Assembly: GCA_035703895.1 (NCBI GenBank)
Contig: DASSXJ010000172.1
Span: 1-61,932, forward strand
Length of the DNA stretch: 61,932 nucleotides
From: a bacterium
Lineage (GTDB): Bacteria > Sysuimicrobiota > Sysuimicrobiia > Sysuimicrobiales > Segetimicrobiaceae
Direction of reading: 5' to 3'
Shown here: positions 46,771 to 56,962 of the stretch, one piece after another
How positions within the stretch are numbered: the first letter of the stretch is position 1
Layout of the letters: every line of letters begins with the position of its first letter
Translations under genes and position numbers: made by a program
Notes under the pieces: model-generated
Told to the model about the DNA's origin: nothing
The model's database searches: none
Seen by the model: only the letters and a program-made list of their open reading frames with translations

Positions 46771-47823
46771 ATGCCGGATCTAGTCGCCCATGCCGCGGGC
46801 CGCAGCGACAGGGGGCGCGTGCGCGAGGTGAACGAGGATCGCGTGCTCGTGCTCGATGACGTGGGCCATGGTGCGGCGCTCTACGCGGTTGCCGACGGGC
46901 TGGGGGGCCATGCGGGGGGAGATGTCGCGAGCACGCTCGCGGTCGAGACCCTCGAGACGCAGGTTCGCGTCCTCCTGGGGCAGCGCATCCCGCCGGAGGC
47001 GGCGCTCGTGGAAGCGTTACGGCGGACGAACGCCGCGATCTACGCCGGCGCCCAAGGCTCCGACCGGCCGGGTATGGCGACGACGTGTACGGCTGTGCTG
47101 CTGCGGGGGAGCGAGGCGATCGTGGCCCACGTCGGCGACAGTCGCGCGTACCTGCTGCGCGGGCCCCAGACGAGGCAGCTCACGATCGACCACTCCCTGG
47201 CCGGTGAGCTGGCGCGCCATGGCGAACTGGCGGACGGCGATGTACGGAACCACGCGCAGCGACACGTCCTCACGCGGGCGCTCGGGACCGCGCGCGAGGT
47301 CGAGATCGACTCGGCGTCCGAACCGCTGAGGCCCGGCGATGTCCTCGTGTTGACCACGGATGGCCTACACAACGCGGTGCCGGCGGATGAGATCGGACGC
47401 GTCGTGCGGTCGGCGCGGGAGCTGGACGAAGCCTGCGCGGTGTTGGTGGGGTTGGCGAATGCGCGGGGCGGTGTCGACAACGCCTCGGCGGTGGTCGTCC
47501 GCGTGTCGGCCGGCTGGCCGGGGCGCGCGCTCCGCGCCATGGCCCCGCTGGTGTTGGCCGCGTTCGTGGCCGGAGGGCTCGCGGCGTATCGCCTCGAGCA
47601 CGCCTATTTCCTCGGGATCCGGGGGGATCGCGTCGCGGTGATGCGGGGGGTCCCCGGACGGGTCCTGGGGGTGTCGCTCTCGGGCGTGATGAAAATCACG
47701 CAGGTGCCGGTGACCCGGGTGCCCCCTGCGTACCGCGGCCCGCTGTCCCGGGGGATCCCGACACCAAGCCCGGAAGCGGCGGAGACCATCCTGCGCGGCC
47801 TCCTCTCGTCCGGAGCCCGATGA
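46771..47823 (+). CDS. prpC: PP2C-family Ser/Thr phosphatase (PrpC/Stp-like) with a C-terminal membrane segment
   Basis: RVREVNEDR, ADGLGGHAGGDVAS, LTTDGL, GGVDNASAVVV, then the TM segment APLVLAAFVAGGLAAY. Confidence 0.9.
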   Translation: MPDLVAHAAGRSDRGRVREVNEDRVLVLDDVGHGAALYAVADGLGGHAGGDVASTLAVETLETQVRVLLGQRIPPEAALVEALRRTNAAIYAGAQGSDRPGMATTCTAVLLRGSEAIVAHVGDSRAYLLRGPQTRQLTIDHSLAGELARHGELADGDVRNHAQRHVLTRALGTAREVEIDSASEPLRPGDVLVLTTDGLHNAVPADEIGRVVRSARELDEACAVLVGLANARGGVDNASAVVVRVSAGWPGRALRAMAPLVLAAFVAGGLAAYRLEHAYFLGIRGDRVAVMRGVPGRVLGVSLSGVMKITQVPVTRVPPAYRGPLSRGIPTPSPEAAETILRGLLSSGAR

Positions 47824-49730
47824 TCGGCCGGGTGCTCGACGGCAAGTACGAGGTCGTGGGTCCCCTGGGCGAAGGCGGGATGGCGATGGTCTATCGCGGG
47901 CGGCGGCTCGCGGACGATCGTCAGGTGGCGATCAAGGTGTTGCGCGAGCAGTACGCTCATGACACCGCGTTCGTCGCCCGGTTCGAGCGCGAAGCCCAGG
48001 CGGTCGCCAGATTGTCCCATCCCCACATGGTCCAGGTATTCGATTATGGTCGGGACGCGGACGTCCACTTCATCGTGATGGAGTTTGTCGAGGGCGAGGA
48101 TCTCAAGACCCTGCTGCGCCGGGCCGACGGGGTGCTGCCCGAGGAACGCGCCAAAGAGATCGGCGCCCAGGTCTGCGAAGCTCTTGCCTATGCCCACGCC
48201 CAAGGCATCGTGCATCGAGATATCAAACCACAGAACATCCTGCTCACTCGAAGCGGACAGGTGAAGGTCACCGATTTTGGCATCGCGCGGGCCTTGGCAT
48301 CTGCTGCGATCACGGAAACCGGAACCGTCCTGGGGTCGGTCCAGTACCTTTCCCCGGAACAGGCCCGCGGGCTCGGCGTGGGGCAGAGCTCCGACCTGTA
48401 CTCGCTCGGCGTCGTGCTGTTCGAGGTCGTGGCGGGACATCTGCCCTTCGACGGCGACAGCCCGATCACGATCGCGCTGAAGCACATCCACGAGCCTCCG
48501 CCGATCCCTCATCGGGACGGCCAGGCGGTGAGCCTCGAGATGGAACACATCATTCTCAAGGCGTTGGCCAAGGATCCCCTCGACCGGTACCAATCGGCCG
48601 AGCAGATGCGCGGGGATCTCACCGGGGAGACCACCCACTGGCGAGAAGCGCCGCCCCCCGGTGTCGACGACACCGCAGTCGTCCGCGGTGTCGTCGACAC
48701 CGGTCGACGTGGGCGCGAGCAGGGGACACCCTGGATCCTCGGGCCGGTGATCGCGGTGGTGGTGGGGTTCCTCGTGCTCGGGTTCGCAGGTATGTTCGGC
48801 TGGCAGGCGCTCAGCGCATACATGAACGTGCCCGAGGTGCCGGTGCCCGACTTTGTCGGGAAAAGCCTCGCCGACGCACAGAGCCGTGCCAGACACGATC
48901 ACTTGAACGTGCAGGTGGTCCAGCAGAACTACAGCCGGACCGTGCCGTCGGGATTCGTCCTGGGACAGGACCAGCCCGCCGGCAAGAGCGTCAAGGTCGA
49001 CCGCGTCATCGGGCTGACCACGAGCCTGGGACCCGAGATGGTGAGGGTTCCGGACGTTCGCCGCCGGACGCTCCTGGATGCGCGATTCATGATCGAACAG
49101 GCCCGGCTTGTCGTGGGAGAGGTCCGTGAGGCGTATGACTCCGGCGTGGGGCCTGGGGTGATCCTCAGCCAGGATCCGGCCCCGGGAGCCTCCCTCGAGC
49201 GCGGCACCGCGGTCTACCTCCGCGTGAGCAAGGGGCCGGAGAGCCTCATCTTGCCTGACTTGGTCGGGCGGCCGCTCGACGATGCACGCCGGATGCTCGA
49301 CGAACTCGGCGTGACCCTCCGGCGGGTCACCCAAGTGTCCAGGGCCGGCGTCCCCCCGGGGCAGGTCGTGGAGATGTCGCCTCCGGCGGGGACCCAGATC
49401 CGTCACGGCGATGCGGTGACTGTCTCGATCGAGGCCCCTCTCGGAGGCGGGGGCACGCCTCCGCCCCAGCCGATCGTGACGGGAACGCCGCCCGCTCCGG
49501 TCACGCCCTCGGATCCCAACAGGAAGCGGGCGCGCATCACCCTCGTCGTGCCCTCGGGTGCCTCGAAGCAGACCGTGAAGATCGTGGTGATCGATTCGCG
49601 GGGGGTGCACACCTTGTACGAGAAGGCGCACGCGCCCGGGGAGACCGTCAACGCCCAAGTCACCGGTTCGGGATACACCATCGTCCAGGTCTACCTCGAC
49701 AACCGGTTGATCCAGGAGGTCCGGCCCTGA
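47820..49730 (+). CDS. prkC: PASTA-domain Ser/Thr protein kinase (PrkC/PknB-like)
   Basis: ATGA overlap. Kinase motifs VAIKVL, HRDIKPQNILL, DFGIA, SPEQ. One TM segment, three PASTA-like repeats and a C-terminal beta-rich domain. Confidence 0.93.
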   Translation: MIGRVLDGKYEVVGPLGEGGMAMVYRGRRLADDRQVAIKVLREQYAHDTAFVARFEREAQAVARLSHPHMVQVFDYGRDADVHFIVMEFVEGEDLKTLLRRADGVLPEERAKEIGAQVCEALAYAHAQGIVHRDIKPQNILLTRSGQVKVTDFGIARALASAAITETGTVLGSVQYLSPEQARGLGVGQSSDLYSLGVVLFEVVAGHLPFDGDSPITIALKHIHEPPPIPHRDGQAVSLEMEHIILKALAKDPLDRYQSAEQMRGDLTGETTHWREAPPPGVDDTAVVRGVVDTGRRGREQGTPWILGPVIAVVVGFLVLGFAGMFGWQALSAYMNVPEVPVPDFVGKSLADAQSRARHDHLNVQVVQQNYSRTVPSGFVLGQDQPAGKSVKVDRVIGLTTSLGPEMVRVPDVRRRTLLDARFMIEQARLVVGEVREAYDSGVGPGVILSQDPAPGASLERGTAVYLRVSKGPESLILPDLVGRPLDDARRMLDELGVTLRRVTQVSRAGVPPGQVVEMSPPAGTQIRHGDAVTVSIEAPLGGGGTPPPQPIVTGTPPAPVTPSDPNRKRARITLVVPSGASKQTVKIVVIDSRGVHTLYEKAHAPGETVNAQVTGSGYTIVQVYLDNRLIQEVRP

Positions 49731-50440
49731 GCCGCCGGGGGACGGGCCCATCGGGATCGAACGCGGAGATCCAGATCGCGCCGTCCATCCTCGCCGCCGA
49801 CTTCGGCAGGCTCGCGGAGGAGGTGACAGCGGCCGAGCGGGCGGGGGCTGAACGCATCCACATCGACGTGATGGACGGCCGGTTCGTCACGGAGATCACG
49901 ATCGGCCCGCTCGTGACGCGCGCGATTCGACGGTCGACGTCCCTCCCTCTGGATGTCCACCTGATGATCGTCGAGCCGGAGCGCCACCTCGAGGCATTCG
50001 CCGCCGCCGGCGCGACGTCGGTCGCGGTCCACGTGGAGGCATGCCCGCATCTCTACCATGTGATCCAGCAGATCCGATCGCTCCGGCTCGGACCATCGGT
50101 GGCCATCAACCCCGCCACACCGCCGGAGGCGATCGAGTGGGTCCTCCCTTTTGTCGAGGGCGTGCTCGTAATGACCGTCGAGCCGGGCGCCGGCGGGCAG
50201 CCGTTCATTCCCGAGATGGTGGCGAAGATCGAGGCGTTGGCCGCGTTGCGGAGGGCGCGCGGCCTCCGGTTCGCGATCGCGGCGGACGGGGGGATCGGGC
50301 CTGCCACCGCCTCCGCGGTGGCCGCAGCCGGCGCGTCCGTCCTGGTCGCCGGTACCGCTGTGTTCGGGGCGTCCGTTGGGATCGGTCCGGCGATCGCCCG
50401 GCTCCGGGACTCGGTTCGATCGCCCGGGCGACGGCGGTGA
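49727..50440 (+). CDS. rpe: Ribulose-phosphate 3-epimerase; start uncertain (probable CTG)
   Basis: IAPSILAADFGRLAEEV lies upstream of the first in-frame GTG (49823). No in-frame ATG, GTG or TTG precedes it. A CTG at 49727 forms a CTGA overlap with the kinase stop. HIDVMDGRFV and VHLMIVEP motifs. Confidence 0.83.
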   Translation: MSRRGTGPSGSNAEIQIAPSILAADFGRLAEEVTAAERAGAERIHIDVMDGRFVTEITIGPLVTRAIRRSTSLPLDVHLMIVEPERHLEAFAAAGATSVAVHVEACPHLYHVIQQIRSLRLGPSVAINPATPPEAIEWVLPFVEGVLVMTVEPGAGGQPFIPEMVAKIEALAALRRARGLRFAIAADGGIGPATASAVAAAGASVLVAGTAVFGASVGIGPAIARLRDSVRSPGRRR

Positions 50441-51483
50441 GCGATCCGCTCGCGCACCTGATCACGCATCCGGAGTATCGCCTGCACCTGACGGCGCCCG
50501 GGCATCCCGAGCGCCCCGAGCGCCTTACCGCGATCGAGGCGCTGCTCCGCCGGACGCCGCTGTGGGATGCGGTCGGTCACGCGGAGCCGGCCCCAGTGGA
50601 CGAGGAACTGCTCGAGCGCGTGCACACGCGATCGTACATCGCCCGGGTGCGTGAGACGGCCGCGTCGGGCGGCGGATACCTCGATCCCGATACGCCGGTC
50701 GCGCCGCCCTCCTACGCCGTGGCCCGCCGCGCCGCCGGGGGTGCCGCCCTCGCGGTCGACATCGTGGCGGACAAGGAGGGCGCCGTGACGTTCGCGCTGC
50801 TCCGTCCGCCGGGGCACCACGCCGGCGCCGCGGAGGGGAGGGGCTTCTGCCTCTTCAACAACGCCGCGCTCGCCGCGCGGCACGCCCTCGATACGCGCGG
50901 CGCGCGCCGCGTCTTCATCCTCGATTGGGACGTGCATCACGGCAACGGCACCCAGGAGATCTTCTACCGGGATCCCGCGGTCGTCTTCTGCTCGCTTCAC
51001 CAAGAAGCGTGGTATCCGGGGACCGGGGCGCTCGAAGAAGCCGGGGAGGGGCCCGGCGAGGGCACGACGATCAACATTCCCTTGCCTGCCGGAGTGGGGG
51101 ACGGCGGATATCTGCACGTGTTTGAGGAGGTCGTGCTTCCGCTCCTGCGCGCGGTCGCGCCGTCGCTCGTGGTGATCTCCGCCGGATTCGATGCGCACCA
51201 CGCCGATCCGCTCGGCGGGATGATGCTGACGGCCCAGGGATTCGGCCGGCTGGCACGGCTCACGCGTGAGGCGGCGGGGAACACGCCGGTCGCCGCCGTG
51301 CTCGAGGGGGGGTACGACCTCAAGGCCCTGGCCTACTCGGTGGCCGCGACGCTCGAGGGGCTCACCGGAATCGAAACGCGCGCCGAGGAACCCTCCGTCG
51401 AGGTGCGGGAAGCGCCGTTCGCCGTTGCGGCCGCCCGCGCGCGCGCCGTCCGGCGGATCGCCGGCGAGTACTGGACGCTGTGA
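50437..51483 (+). CDS. Histone deacetylase family protein (AcuC/acetylpolyamine amidohydrolase-like)
   Basis: GTGA overlap with rpe. HPERPERL, LRPPGHHA, DWDVHHGNGTQ and GFDAHHADPLG. Confidence 0.88.
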   Translation: MSDPLAHLITHPEYRLHLTAPGHPERPERLTAIEALLRRTPLWDAVGHAEPAPVDEELLERVHTRSYIARVRETAASGGGYLDPDTPVAPPSYAVARRAAGGAALAVDIVADKEGAVTFALLRPPGHHAGAAEGRGFCLFNNAALAARHALDTRGARRVFILDWDVHHGNGTQEIFYRDPAVVFCSLHQEAWYPGTGALEEAGEGPGEGTTINIPLPAGVGDGGYLHVFEEVVLPLLRAVAPSLVVISAGFDAHHADPLGGMMLTAQGFGRLARLTREAAGNTPVAAVLEGGYDLKALAYSVAATLEGLTGIETRAEEPSVEVREAPFAVAAARARAVRRIAGEYWTL

Positions 51484-51495
51484 TGCACGCCGGGC

Positions 51496-52422
51496 TCACC
51501 CGGCTCGCCGGTGCCGCTCGTGATAGTCCGCGATACCCTGCGCTGAGACTTCCAGATGCTCGGCCAGGACCTCCTGGATGGCGGGGGTCCAGGCCAAGCC
51601 CTGCGCCGCCACGTCATGCCGAACGTGCTCGGTCAGGCGTGCGTGGACCTGCGCGACATCGATCCCACCCAGCGCGACGAACGCTTCCACCTGCTCTTGG
51701 AGACGCAGGGCGAGCGCAGCGCAATCGTGCGGATAGCGGCCGAAGTGTGACAGGAGCACGATCTCCGGCGCAAGCTGGAGCATCAGGCGAGCCGACCGCC
51801 GCATCGCCTCGGGGTCGAACTGATTCGGCGCGGCATCCGGCAGCACGTAGTCGTCCGCGACGTCCACGAAGCGCCCGCCGAGTTCGTCTCCGGAGAAAAG
51901 ACACCCAATCCCACCGTCGAGGATCATGTGCTGGTGCCGCGCATGGCCGGGTGCGTCGAAGAACCGCAACCGGTGCCCGCCGCCCAGGTCCAACTCGCCC
52001 CCGCCCTCGGGCACCAGCAGGCGCGTCTCCGGCACCGGCTCCGGCAGCCCAAAGTACGCCTCCAAGTTGTCGCCGAACACCGCGCGCGCACCTGCGACCA
52101 GTCGGCTGGGATCGACGAGGTGACGGGCGCCGTGGCGATGCACGACCACCTGCGCGGCCGGGAGATGGCGCAGCAGCGCGCCGGCGCCGCCGGCGTGGTC
52201 GAGGTGAATGTGCGTGACGATGACGTAGGCGAGATCGCGGGGCGCGACCCCGAGGTCCGCGAACGCCTGGAGCCAGACGTCGACGCTGCGGGCGGGCCCG
52301 GTCTCCACCACTGCGGGGCGCGGCGCGGCGATGAAGTATCCGGAGGTATGTCGCGGGAGGCCCCGGTCCCACAGGTCAACCGCGGACACGCCTGGGGCCA
52401 CCGTTACGGGTGCCGCAGCCAT
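51496..52422 (-). CDS. MBL-fold metallo-hydrolase
   Basis: THIHLDHAGGAG (HxHxDH) and a downstream ..APGHARHQH.. motif. Confidence 0.8.
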   Translation of the reverse strand: MAAAPVTVAPGVSAVDLWDRGLPRHTSGYFIAAPRPAVVETGPARSVDVWLQAFADLGVAPRDLAYVIVTHIHLDHAGGAGALLRHLPAAQVVVHRHGARHLVDPSRLVAGARAVFGDNLEAYFGLPEPVPETRLLVPEGGGELDLGGGHRLRFFDAPGHARHQHMILDGGIGCLFSGDELGGRFVDVADDYVLPDAAPNQFDPEAMRRSARLMLQLAPEIVLLSHFGRYPHDCAALALRLQEQVEAFVALGGIDVAQVHARLTEHVRHDVAAQGLAWTPAIQEVLAEHLEVSAQGIADYHERHRRAG

Positions 52423-52425
52423 GCG

Positions 52426-53406
52426 CTACGGGTGATTCAGCAGCCGGCCGAGGATCGCGTTCGCGGCCGAGTGGGGATCGACCGCACGGGTCTTGGCCCC
52501 CTCGAGGATCTCGCCGAGTCCCGTGTGTTCATCGAGTTTGGACCGCAGATGCACGGCCAAAGCCTGCTCGACAAGGTCCAGGACCTCGCGCTCAGCACGC
52601 CTGGCCCGGCGTGCCTCCAGCTCACCGGAGGCGCGGAGGTGGTCCAGGTGCCTGCGGGCGGCCTGCCAGAGTTCGTCAATCCCATGACCATCGCTCGCCG
52701 CCGTCTGCAGAATCGGCACCTCCCACGGCGACGACGCGGGGGCCAGCCGGTGCATCTCGCGCAGCTGGATCACGGTCTCCTTGGCGCCCGGGCGATCGGA
52801 CTTGTTGACCACCAGCAGGTCGGCGATCTCCAGAATGCCGGCCTTGAGCATTTGAATCGAGTCGCCCAGGCCGGGTGCGGTCACGACCACGACGGTATCG
52901 GCCACGCGCATGATGTCGAGCTCGCTTTGCCCGACCCCGACGGTCTCGAGGAGCACGATGTCAAAGTCAAACGCATCGAGGAGGTAGGCGACATCGCGCG
53001 TAGCTGCCGCCAGGCCGCCCAGGTGATCGCGCGCCGCCATGCTCCGAATGAACACGCCGGGGTCCCCGCTGTGTCGAAGCATGCGAACTCGGTCGCCCAG
53101 GATCGCCCCCCGGCTGAAGGGGCTGGATGGGTCCACCGCCACGACGGCCGCCGTGCCGCCTTCGGCCCGGGCCATCACGATCAGGTGGTCCACCAGTGTG
53201 CTTTTGCCCACCCCGGGCGGTCCGGTGATGCCGAGCCGGTGCGCCCGGCCGGTCCGCGGCCAGATGCGCTGAACAATCGCCGCGGCGGCCGCGGGGTCAT
53301 TCTCGATCTTGGTCACGAGCCGGCTCAACAGGCGGCGATTGCTGAAATCGATCGCGGGAACCCCCGACTCGTCGGCCGCACGAGTCACCCGCGGATCTAG
53401 CGGCAC
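52426..53406 (-). CDS. meaB: Methylmalonyl-CoA-mutase-associated G3E GTPase (MeaB/ArgK; MeaH-like)
   Basis: P-loop GPPGVGKST, ETVGVGQSE and VNKSD motifs. It lies in the mutase operon. Confidence 0.9.
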   Translation of the reverse strand: MPLDPRVTRAADESGVPAIDFSNRRLLSRLVTKIENDPAAAAAIVQRIWPRTGRAHRLGITGPPGVGKSTLVDHLIVMARAEGGTAAVVAVDPSSPFSRGAILGDRVRMLRHSGDPGVFIRSMAARDHLGGLAAATRDVAYLLDAFDFDIVLLETVGVGQSELDIMRVADTVVVVTAPGLGDSIQMLKAGILEIADLLVVNKSDRPGAKETVIQLREMHRLAPASSPWEVPILQTAASDGHGIDELWQAARRHLDHLRASGELEARRARRAEREVLDLVEQALAVHLRSKLDEHTGLGEILEGAKTRAVDPHSAANAILGRLLNHP

Positions 53407-54836
53407 AGCCTCGCGTCCTGTACGCTTTCCTCGTAGAGCGGACGATTGTCCAGGACCCGCCTGGCCTTGAACTCGGTCCGGGGCAGGGTCCCGGGCGGTT
53501 CCAGCCTGACGATCGGCCGGATGCCGATCACCGACCGGAGGCGCGCGGCCACGCGCTCACGCAGGGCGTCGATGACGCCGGGGGCCCCCTCCGCCGCTCG
53601 GGCGCAGTCGTGACTGTACTCGACCCGCACGACGAGTTCGTCCATCGCCCGGTCCCGGCTGATGACCATCTGGAACTCCCCTCCCAAGCCTTCGACCGAA
53701 CGCAGCACGTCCTCAATCGCACTGGGGTAGATATTGGCGCCGCGCACGATGCACATGTCGTCGACGCGCCCATAGATGCCACGGGGCAGGCGCGGATACG
53801 TTCGCCCGCACTCGCAGGGATCGTTCACCCAGCGAGTGAGGTCCCCCGACACCAGCCGGATCATGGGTTGGGACGTCCGCTCGAGATGCGTATAGACGGG
53901 CGTGCCTTCCCGTCCGTACGGGACGGGCTCGAAGCTGCGCGGGTCGCACACTTCACAGTACACGATATCCTGCCACAGATGCATGCCGCTACGGAACTCG
54001 CATTCCGCATTGGTCATCCAGGGCGTCATCTCGGCCATGCTGCCGCTGTCGAGGCAGGCCGCGCCATATGTGTCCTGGATCTTCTGCTTGGTCGCCGGGA
54101 TGCCCGCCCCCGGCTCGCCGGAGAAGAACATGATCCGGAACCCGAAGTCCCGTGGATCGACATGCTCTCCTGCCGCGACCTCTGCAAGGTGGAGCGCATA
54201 CGACGGTGTCCCATAGAAGGCGCTTGGTCGCGTGTCGAGGAGCCAGCGCACCGCCATGAGCGTCTGGCCTGAGAGGCCGGCCCCGAACGGGAAGCACGTC
54301 GCGCGGAGCCGCTCGCCGCCGGCGAGGGCTCCCCAGCTCCCGATGTAGAGGCTGAAAAACGAGGCGATAAAGATGGTGTGTTCGGGCCTGAGGCCCATGC
54401 CCCACATGATCCGGGCATGCGTGTCGGCGATGCGCCGCCAGTCGTCTCTCCCGATCAGGAACACGGTCGGCTTGCCCGTAGTGCCCGACGTGCCGTGGAC
54501 GCGGGCGACGTCTGAACGCTCCACACACAGATAGCGGCCGAACGGCGGGTGCTCCGCCTGTTCGCGGCGGAGCTCGGCCTTGGTCACGACGGGGAAGCGA
54601 TGCAGGTCCTCCAGCCGGAGGAGCCGGTCCGGATGGACGCCGGCAGCGGCCCACTTCTCATGGTAGAATGCCGACCGCTCCCACGCCCAGCGGACCACCG
54701 CCCGCAGCCGATGCAGAATGAGGGCGTCGCGCTCCGCGGGCGCCATGGTCTCCCGCCGCGGACACCAGTGCCGCTGCCGCGCGTCAGGAAGATAGCGTTC
54801 ATCGTAGACAGGCGGCCAGCCGTCAGCCGGGTCCAA
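53397..54836 (-). CDS. Phenylacetate-CoA-ligase-family adenylating enzyme (candidate 2-hydroxyisobutyrate-CoA ligase)
   Basis: [14 protein letters not shown]-binding motif with PaaK-like length and layout. Probable TTG start at 54836 with GGGAG upstream. The longest ORF start at 54914 would overlap the upstream gene by 92 nt. Confidence 0.78.
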   Translation of the reverse strand: MDPADGWPPVYDERYLPDARQRHWCPRRETMAPAERDALILHRLRAVVRWAWERSAFYHEKWAAAGVHPDRLLRLEDLHRFPVVTKAELRREQAEHPPFGRYLCVERSDVARVHGTSGTTGKPTVFLIGRDDWRRIADTHARIMWGMGLRPEHTIFIASFFSLYIGSWGALAGGERLRATCFPFGAGLSGQTLMAVRWLLDTRPSAFYGTPSYALHLAEVAAGEHVDPRDFGFRIMFFSGEPGAGIPATKQKIQDTYGAACLDSGSMAEMTPWMTNAECEFRSGMHLWQDIVYCEVCDPRSFEPVPYGREGTPVYTHLERTSQPMIRLVSGDLTRWVNDPCECGRTYPRLPRGIYGRVDDMCIVRGANIYPSAIEDVLRSVEGLGGEFQMVISRDRAMDELVVRVEYSHDCARAAEGAPGVIDALRERVAARLRSVIGIRPIVRLEPPGTLPRTEFKARRVLDNRPLYEESVQDARLCR

Positions 54837-55251
54837 GGGAGGCTCCCGGGCGCGGCCGGCGCAACTCGCGGCGGATCCAGTCCACGATCTCGTCCGTCGC
54901 CGTGTCCTGGTCAAAGACCGCTGCTGCTCCCAGGTCGCGGAGCTTTTGGCGATCCGGGATCGGGATCACCCCTCCGACCAGCACCTTGATGTCCTGGGCG
55001 TCGTTGGCCCTGAGGTTCTCGAGGAGCGGTGGGACGAGTGTCATGTGGGCGCCGGAGAGAATGCTCACCCCGATCAGATCCACATCCTCCTGCACGGCCG
55101 CCTCGACCACTTCTTCCGGAGTGCGGTGGAGGCCGGTGTAGATGACCTCGAAGCCCGCGTCGCGGAGGGCCCGCGCCACGACCTTCACACCCCGGTCGTG
55201 CCCGTCGAGTCCTACCTTGGCCATGAGGATCCGCACGCGTGCTTCGGTCAT
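54823..55251 (-). CDS. Acyl-CoA mutase small subunit (cobalamin-binding domain)
   Basis: [20 protein letters not shown] (DxHxxG B12-binding motif) and GVSILSGAH. The ATG at 55251 lies 16 nt after the large-subunit stop. Confidence 0.88.
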   Translation of the reverse strand: MTEARVRILMAKVGLDGHDRGVKVVARALRDAGFEVIYTGLHRTPEEVVEAAVQEDVDLIGVSILSGAHMTLVPPLLENLRANDAQDIKVLVGGVIPIPDRQKLRDLGAAAVFDQDTATDEIVDWIRRELRRPRPGASLGPG

Positions 55252-55267
55252 GATGACGTCCCGGCCC

Positions 55268-56929
55268 TCAGAAGACCGGCTGCTCCACGTACCTCCCAAA
55301 CACCCCGCGGAGGGCGGTGACGATCTCCCCCGCCGTGACGTAGGCTTTGACCGCGTCGATGGTGGGCGGGATGAGGTTCTGATCGGAGCGCGCGGCAGCG
55401 GTCAGCGCCGCCAGGCATCGTTCAACCTGTTTGGCATCCCGCTCCCGCCGGATCCGCGCGAGCCGCTGCTTCTGGCGCTCCTCTACGTCTGGGGCCACCT
55501 CGTGCAGCACGAACGGAATCGATGTAGCCTCGCGGTCCACATGCGTGTTGACGCCCACCACCGCGAGATCCCCGCGTTCCTTGCGCCGCTGGTACCGGTA
55601 GGCCGACTCGGCCAGCTCGGCCTGAAAGAAATTCTGTTGGGCCGCTGCGACTGCCCCCCCGAGTTCGTCGATCCGCTTGATGTAGGCCCAGATCCTTTCC
55701 TCGATCTCGTTGGTGAGCGCCTCGACGCAGTAGCTTCCGGCCAGCGGGTCGATGGTGTTGGCCGCTCCCGTTTCCTCGAGCAGAATCTGCTGCGTGCGCA
55801 GCGCCACCTGCATGGCGAGTTCTGAAGGGATGGCGAGGGCCTCATCCATGCCGTTGGTGTGCAGGCTCTGGGCGCCGCCCAAGACCGCCGAGAGCGCCTG
55901 GAGCGTTGTGCGCGCAATGTTATTCAGCGGCTCTTTCGCCGTCAGGCTGCTGCCGGCCGTCTGGCAGTGGAAGCGAAGCCGCATCGACTCCGGTTTTCGC
56001 GCTCCGAAGCGCTCGCGCACGATCCTGGCCCAGACCCGCCGGGCCGCCCGGAACTTCGCGACCTCTTCGAAAAAGTCGCGCTCCGCGATGAAGTAGAAAG
56101 CCAGGCGGGGCGCAAACTCATCGACGGCCAGGCCCTTCCCGCACACGTCCTGGAGGTAGGCGATGCCATTGGCCAGCGTAAAGGCGGCTTCCTGGATGGC
56201 GGTGGCCCCGGCCTCGCGAATGTGATACCCGCTGATGTTGATCGGGTTGTAGTGGGGCAGGTGCTGCACGCTGTAGATGATCAAGTCCCGCACGATGCGC
56301 ATGCCGGCCGGGATAGGGTACAGCCATTCCTTTTGCGCGATGTACTCTTTCAAGATGTCGGCCTGCACCGTGCCCGAGAGCTTGTCCCGGGACACGCCGC
56401 GCCGTTCGGCGACCGCGACGTACATCGCGAAGAGAATCCAGGCCGTGGGATTGATGGTCATGGACACGCTGGTCGCGCCGATATCGATCCCCTCGAGGAT
56501 CTCATCGAGGTCGTCGACGGTGTCGACCGCGACGCCTTCCCGGCCTACCTCCCCGCGCGCGCGAGGATCGTCGGAGTCATAGCCCATCAGGGTTGGCATA
56601 TCGAAGTCGATAGAAATGCCGGTCTGGCCCTGCGCGATGAGATACTTGAGCCGGGCGTTGGTGTCGCGGGCGGTTCCGAACCCGGCGATCTGTCGCATCG
56701 TCCACGGTCGGGATCGGTACATCGTCGGGTAAGGTCCGCGGGTGAACGGGTAGCGGCCGGGGAACCCGAGGTCCGCGACGTAATCGAGGCCGGCGATATC
56801 GTCAGGGCCGTAGATCCGCTCGACCGGGAGCCCCGAGAGGGTTTCGAAGCGCTCGCGGCGCTCCGGCAGCCGCGTGAGCGAGGGGCCCAGATCAGTGGCA
56901 GCCCAGTCGTCCTTGGGGGTGGGCACCAA
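55268..56929 (-). CDS. Acyl-CoA mutase large (substrate-binding) subunit with the HcmA-like Ile/Asp signature
   Basis: [25 protein letters not shown]...[20 protein letters not shown] and TIM-barrel mutase motifs throughout. The Ile81 codon (56689-56687) and Asp108 codon (56608-56606) were verified on the minus strand. Confidence 0.9.
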   Translation of the reverse strand: MVPTPKDDWAATDLGPSLTRLPERRERFETLSGLPVERIYGPDDIAGLDYVADLGFPGRYPFTRGPYPTMYRSRPWTMRQIAGFGTARDTNARLKYLIAQGQTGISIDFDMPTLMGYDSDDPRARGEVGREGVAVDTVDDLDEILEGIDIGATSVSMTINPTAWILFAMYVAVAERRGVSRDKLSGTVQADILKEYIAQKEWLYPIPAGMRIVRDLIIYSVQHLPHYNPINISGYHIREAGATAIQEAAFTLANGIAYLQDVCGKGLAVDEFAPRLAFYFIAERDFFEEVAKFRAARRVWARIVRERFGARKPESMRLRFHCQTAGSSLTAKEPLNNIARTTLQALSAVLGGAQSLHTNGMDEALAIPSELAMQVALRTQQILLEETGAANTIDPLAGSYCVEALTNEIEERIWAYIKRIDELGGAVAAAQQNFFQAELAESAYRYQRRKERGDLAVVGVNTHVDREATSIPFVLHEVAPDVEERQKQRLARIRRERDAKQVERCLAALTAAARSDQNLIPPTIDAVKAYVTAGEIVTALRGVFGRYVEQPVF

Positions 56930-56962
56930 GCACCTCCTAGGCGATCTGCCCGCGCGTGGCGA

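Noticed and set aside
47604-49751. 715-aa minus-strand ORF opposite the PASTA kinase
   Set aside because: It is an antisense shadow of a clearly conserved kinase gene, and its translation has no conserved motifs.
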